From the NCBI RefSeq assembly GCF_004010195.1, contig NC_057752.1, forward strand, positions 11,846,298-11,872,066: DNA of 25,769 nucleotides, given 5' to 3'. The DNA is from Chiloscyllium plagiosum (lineage: Eukaryota). Of this stretch, positions 21,900-25,769 are shown piece by piece. The notes beneath the pieces were generated by a model that saw nothing but the letters and a program-made list of their open reading frames with translations, did no database searches and was not told the origin of the DNA. Within the stretch, counting starts at the first letter, position 1; every line of letters starts with the position of its first letter. The position numbers and the translations under genes are program-made.

Positions 21900-22218
21900 C
21901 CTTATCCATTCAAGGGATGATTGTATTCTGGCTAGGCCATGGTCTATTACCAATCTTGAATTACCCTTGAGAAGACAGTGCTAAGTTGCCTTTTTGAACT
22001 GCTGCAATTCACCTGGTGCAGGTACTCTCACAGTCCTGTTCGGGAGGGTGTTCCACAATTTTGAATGAGTGACAGTGAAAGGACAACAATACATTTCTAA
22101 CTCGGGATGGTGAGTGGCTTATAGGTTAACTTGTAGGTGGTGGTGTTCCTGTGCATCTGCTGCCCTTGTTCTTCTAGATGCTAGAGGTTGCGGGTTTTGG
22201 AAGAGGCTGTCAAAGGAT
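21900..22218 (-). mobile_element. LINE (CR1/L2 group) 3' fragment
   Basis: ctggctaggcc...aattacccttgagaag...ttgaactgctgcaat...gggagggtgttccaca resembles a common shark LINE tail (recognition only). Confidence 0.6.
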
Positions 22219-22404
22219 GATATTGTGTTTAACAGACAAAGCTGAGAATTGACTCTGCCACAACTAGCCATTGATAACATTGCAGACTTATTGAATCGAT
22301 CTAGCTTAGTTGTAGTGATCTCTACTTTTAACGCTTTTCATCTCAGTCCATCATGTTCATCCACCCTGATTCTCAAGAATGTTTCTGTCTTGAGAGAGAT
22401 GAGA

Positions 22405-23690
22405 ACCAGAGGTGTATGTATTTAGACTTTCAAAGGGCACTCCATAAGATGCACACTAAAGGACTCCAGAAGTTAAATCTGATATATTAACATGGATAAA
22501 GGATTAGTTAATGGGGCAAAAAGTAGAGTAGGGGTGAATGGCTTATTTTGAAATTGGCAGGCTGTAGCTAGTGGAGTGCCTCAAGGATGGGGCTTGGCTG
22601 TGTACAACCTACGTTAATAGCTTGAACGAAAGGACTAAGAGTAATGTTTGTTGACGCTGCAAAATGTGTGCTGAGAGGAGGACATAAAAGACAGCACTGA
22701 TTACGCGAATGTGGCAGATAATGTGGAGGAATATGAGGTGATACACTTCAGTCAGAAGAACAGAAAACAGAATTTACTTTGCATGACCGGTAACTTTTAA
22801 ATGTTGGTGTTCAGAGAAATCTGGTTGTGCTTTTAGATGATACACAAAGTATGTCCAGGTACAGTGAGTAATTGAGATTGCAAATGGTATGTGGACTTGA
22901 CTGCAAAGGGGTTAGAGTACACTAGTAAAGAAGTCTTTCTGTAATTGTATAAGGCTTTTTTTGATACCACATGTGGACTGCTAAACACAGATTTGGTCTT
23001 TACTGAAGAAAGATTGAGGAGAAAGTGAGGACTGCTGATGTTGGAGATCAGAGTCGAAGAGTATGGCACTATTAAAGCACAGCAGATCAGGCAGCATCTG
23101 AGGAACAGTAAAGTCGTCGTGTCAGACAGGCCCGAAACATTGATTCTTCTGCTCTTTGGATGCTGCCTGATCTGCGTTTTTCCAGCACCACACTTTTCAA
23201 CTTAAGAAAGGTTGATACTTGTCTTTGAGGTTGTACACTGAAGTTTCACCAACTTGATTTCTCAGGTGAGAGCGTTGTCCTGCGATGAGAAGCTGAGTGA
23301 ATTGGGCCGATGTTCTCTGGAGTTTAGAAGGATGAGAAGTGATCTCATTGAAACAGACAAGATTCTGAAGCAATTTGACAGGACAGACACCGAGGTTGTT
23401 TCCCTCGGGAATCAAAACATGGTGTCACAGTTTCAGGATGAGGAGCTAGTCATTTAGGACTGAGATGAGAAGAAATTTCTTTACTCAAAGAGTGGTAAAT
23501 ATTTGAAATTCACTATAGCAGCAGTTTGTGGAGTCTCATGAATATACTTAAAGCTGAGATCCAATGAAGCTTTTGGACTTTTGAGGGGATTGAGGATAAT
23601 GGCAAAATGAGGTTGAGTTAGAAGACCAGCCATAGTACTACTGAATGACAGACTGGACTTGAGGGGCTTGAATGGTCTACTTGTATTTTT
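22405..23690 (+). mobile_element. CR1 LINE fragment (RT to 3' end), interrupted at 23018-23199
   Basis: tatttagacttt-caaa (YLDFQ motif) near 22420, and SLEFRRMRSDLIETDKILK (ORF 23254-23457). Confidence 0.8.
23018..23199. mobile_element. Second, shorter Penelope-like fold-back insertion of the same family as 18047-18439
   Basis: Same start (GGAGAAAGTGAGGACTGC). Inverted cagatcaggcagcatc / gatgctgcctgatctg. Flanked by ACTGAAGAAAGATTGA (23002-23017) and ACTTAAGAAAGGTTGA (23200-23215), 14/16 identical. Confidence 0.78.
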
Positions 23691-23834
23691 TTTAACGCTA
23701 TGAATGCTGCCAACTCAGACAGACTGATAGTCGTAGTCAGGTATGTATGTGCTTACACATTTCTACATGCAGTTTCCATATAGACTTGAAATTGTTTGTG
23801 TAAGCATGTTTAATTATACCCTCCACAGTGACAG

Positions 23835-24207
23835 TCATGGCTCTGTTGGTGGAAGCCTCTCCATCACAAGATTTCAGGTTCAAGTCCCACTTCAAAAAAT
23901 CAAGGTTGACACTCAAGTACAGTACTGTGAGACCGTGTCACACCAAGGGCCCATTCCTAGGGTGTGTTGGATGTGATAGATCCCATGTCACTATCATAAA
24001 GAAGAGTCAGGGAATTATTCCTGGTGAGGAGTCAATATTTATACCTCAGTTAACATCACAAGAACAGATTTCTCTAATCATTATCAGATTTGCCGGGTCT
24101 TCCTTTGTGCAATTTGGCTTCCACAGTTTCTGTTCCTGTGTCACAACAGTGATGAAAACTCATGAATACTTCATTGACTGTAAAGTGCTTTGAGATGTGA
24201 GGTCATG
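23835..24207 (+). mobile_element. DeuSINE (SacSINE1/AmnSINE-like)
   Basis: B-box GGTTCAAGTCCC, Deu-like core gatcccatgtcactat...gaagag..aatatttatacctca and tail tacttcattgactgtaaagtgctttg. Confidence 0.72.
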
Positions 24208-25280
24208 CATTTTGGAATGCAGAGAAATGTGGAATACTACATTTTGGTAGAAAAAATAGAGAGAGACAATACAACTCTGAAGGGCATACAGGAGCAGAGG
24301 GACCTCAGGATTCACGTGCATAATTCTCTGAAGGTGGCCAGGCAAGTTGAAACAGTTGTTCAGATTTATAGGATACTTGGGTTTATTCATGGAGACATAG
24401 AGTGTAACAGCAAGAGAGTGATCCTACAGTTCTACAATTCACTGGTCAGACCACATTGGAGTATTGTGTTCAGTTCTGGGCACCTTATTTAAAGAAGGAT
24501 GTTAAAGCTCTGGAGAGAGTTCAAGGGAGATTTACTAGAATGATATCAGAAATGAGAGATTTCAGATACAAGAAAAGATTAGAGAAATTGGGATTATTCT
24601 CCTTGGAGCAGAGAAGATTAACAGGTGATCTTCTTGAGGCTTTCAAAATTATCAGCAATTTTGACAGGTGGCTCAGTGATTAGCACTGCTGCCTCTCAGT
24701 GCTAGGGACCAGGGGTCGATTCCACTCTTGGGTGACTGTCTGTGTGCAGTTTGCACACACTCTGTGTCTGAATGGGTTTCCACTGGATGTTCTGGTTTCC
24801 TCCCACGGTCCAAAGATGTGCAGGTTAGGTGATTGGCTATGCTAAATTTGCCCATAGTGTTCAGGGGTGTGCAGGCTAGGTGGATTAGCCATGGGAAATA
24901 TAGGGTAGGGGTTGGGTCTGTGGAATGCTCTTCGGAGGGTTGGTGTGGGCCAGTTGGGCCGAATGGCCTGCTTCCACCCTGGGATTCTGTGACCGGGTGA
25001 AAAAGGGTATTTTGTTTTATCAGTAACTAGGGGATCCCAATTTCAAGATTGTTAGCAAGAGAGCCAAGAGTGAGATGAGGAGAAATGTCTTTACTCTGAG
25101 AGTTGTTAGGATTTGCGTTACCTGGTAGATTGGTGGAGGTGGATTCCATAGGAGGTTTCAAATGAGAACTTGATATATATTTGAAAGTGATGAATTTAGA
25201 TAGCTGGGTAAGTCTTTCTGGAGCTAGTGCAGACACAGTGGGTTGAGTGGCCTCCTTCTGTACTATAACTTCTATGATCT
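24196..25280 (+). mobile_element. CR1 LINE ORF2 C-terminal fragment, interrupted by an HE1 SINE
   Basis: CEVMHFG...EQRDLRIHVHNSLK...SLVRPH / EYCVQFWAPYLKKDVKALERVQGRFTRMI...LGLFSLEQRRLTGDL; resumes after 24991. Confidence 0.88.
24667..24991 (+). mobile_element. Near full-length HE1-type SINE (V-SINE)
   Basis: A box TGGCTCAGTGA, B-box-like GGTCGATTCC, V-domain ggtttcctcccacggtccaaagatgtgcaggttaggtgattgg, CR1-like tail gggccgaatggcctg. Confidence 0.85.
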
Positions 25281-25731
25281 GGTTGTCATGAAAAGTGCAA
25301 TATAAATTTAACCCTCCTGCTCCCCCTGGTGCTACACTACTACCACTGACAAAAGGATGTAATTACAGCACAAGCTTTCCTTGAGCAACTACTATGAGAA
25401 TGTAGATATTGAAAGAAATAGTTGGAATGATCACAAGTATCAAATATCTAACTTCAAAAATGGAGCCCCAATACCCCTTAATGTTCTGGCCTACATATCC
25501 CTTGGCATTTGATGTCCTTTCACATGAAGGCTACTTTCGGTTTGATTGCCACACTACAGAAGATTGATTCCAGCTCTAAAAATATCTTAATCATTGCGTG
25601 GAATTTGTGAATTGCACAAAAGAAAACTGTTGGATGCCCCTTGTAGATGCAAGGATGTAAAATGTGACTGCATGCTCAGTTTCTCCCACATGTTCTTGGG
25701 ATATGGGTGAATGTTCCATTGTAATTGACTC

Positions 25732-25734
<3 letters not shown>

Positions 25735-25769
<35 letters not shown>
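25735..25769. repeat. (TC)n microsatellite, running off the window end
   Basis: Uninterrupted TC repeat. Confidence 0.97.

Overview
Vertebrate genomic DNA, almost certainly from a shark or other elasmobranch (HE1-type and Deu-type SINEs, dense CR1 LINE fragments). The window holds one complete gene on the minus strand, myosin essential light chain myl6. It has 7 exons (coding parts 3/28/144/174/78/29/29 nt) and a cassette exon 6, giving two 151-aa isoforms ending AFVRHIMSG or ELVRMVMNG. About 3.7 kb upstream, a divergent CpG-rich promoter leads into a probable 7-nt first coding exon (ATG GCG G|gtgagt) of an unidentified plus-strand gene. The left ~6 kb probably contains the 3' end of a convergent plus-strand gene (strong poly(A) signal at 6122). 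The rest is transposon fossil: a pogo/POGK-like DNA transposon with both TIRs and TA duplications, a Rex/Babar-like LINE, nested CR1s and SINEs. The most notable items are (i) Penelope-like fold-back insertions with minimal hammerhead-ribozyme cores, the best being a 180-bp/180-bp palindrome inside a 16-bp target duplication, and (ii) an exact 16-nt repeat upstream of both alternative terminal coding exons of myl6. Repeat-family names come from recognition, not a database search, and repeat boundaries are approximate unless a TIR or TSD is given.
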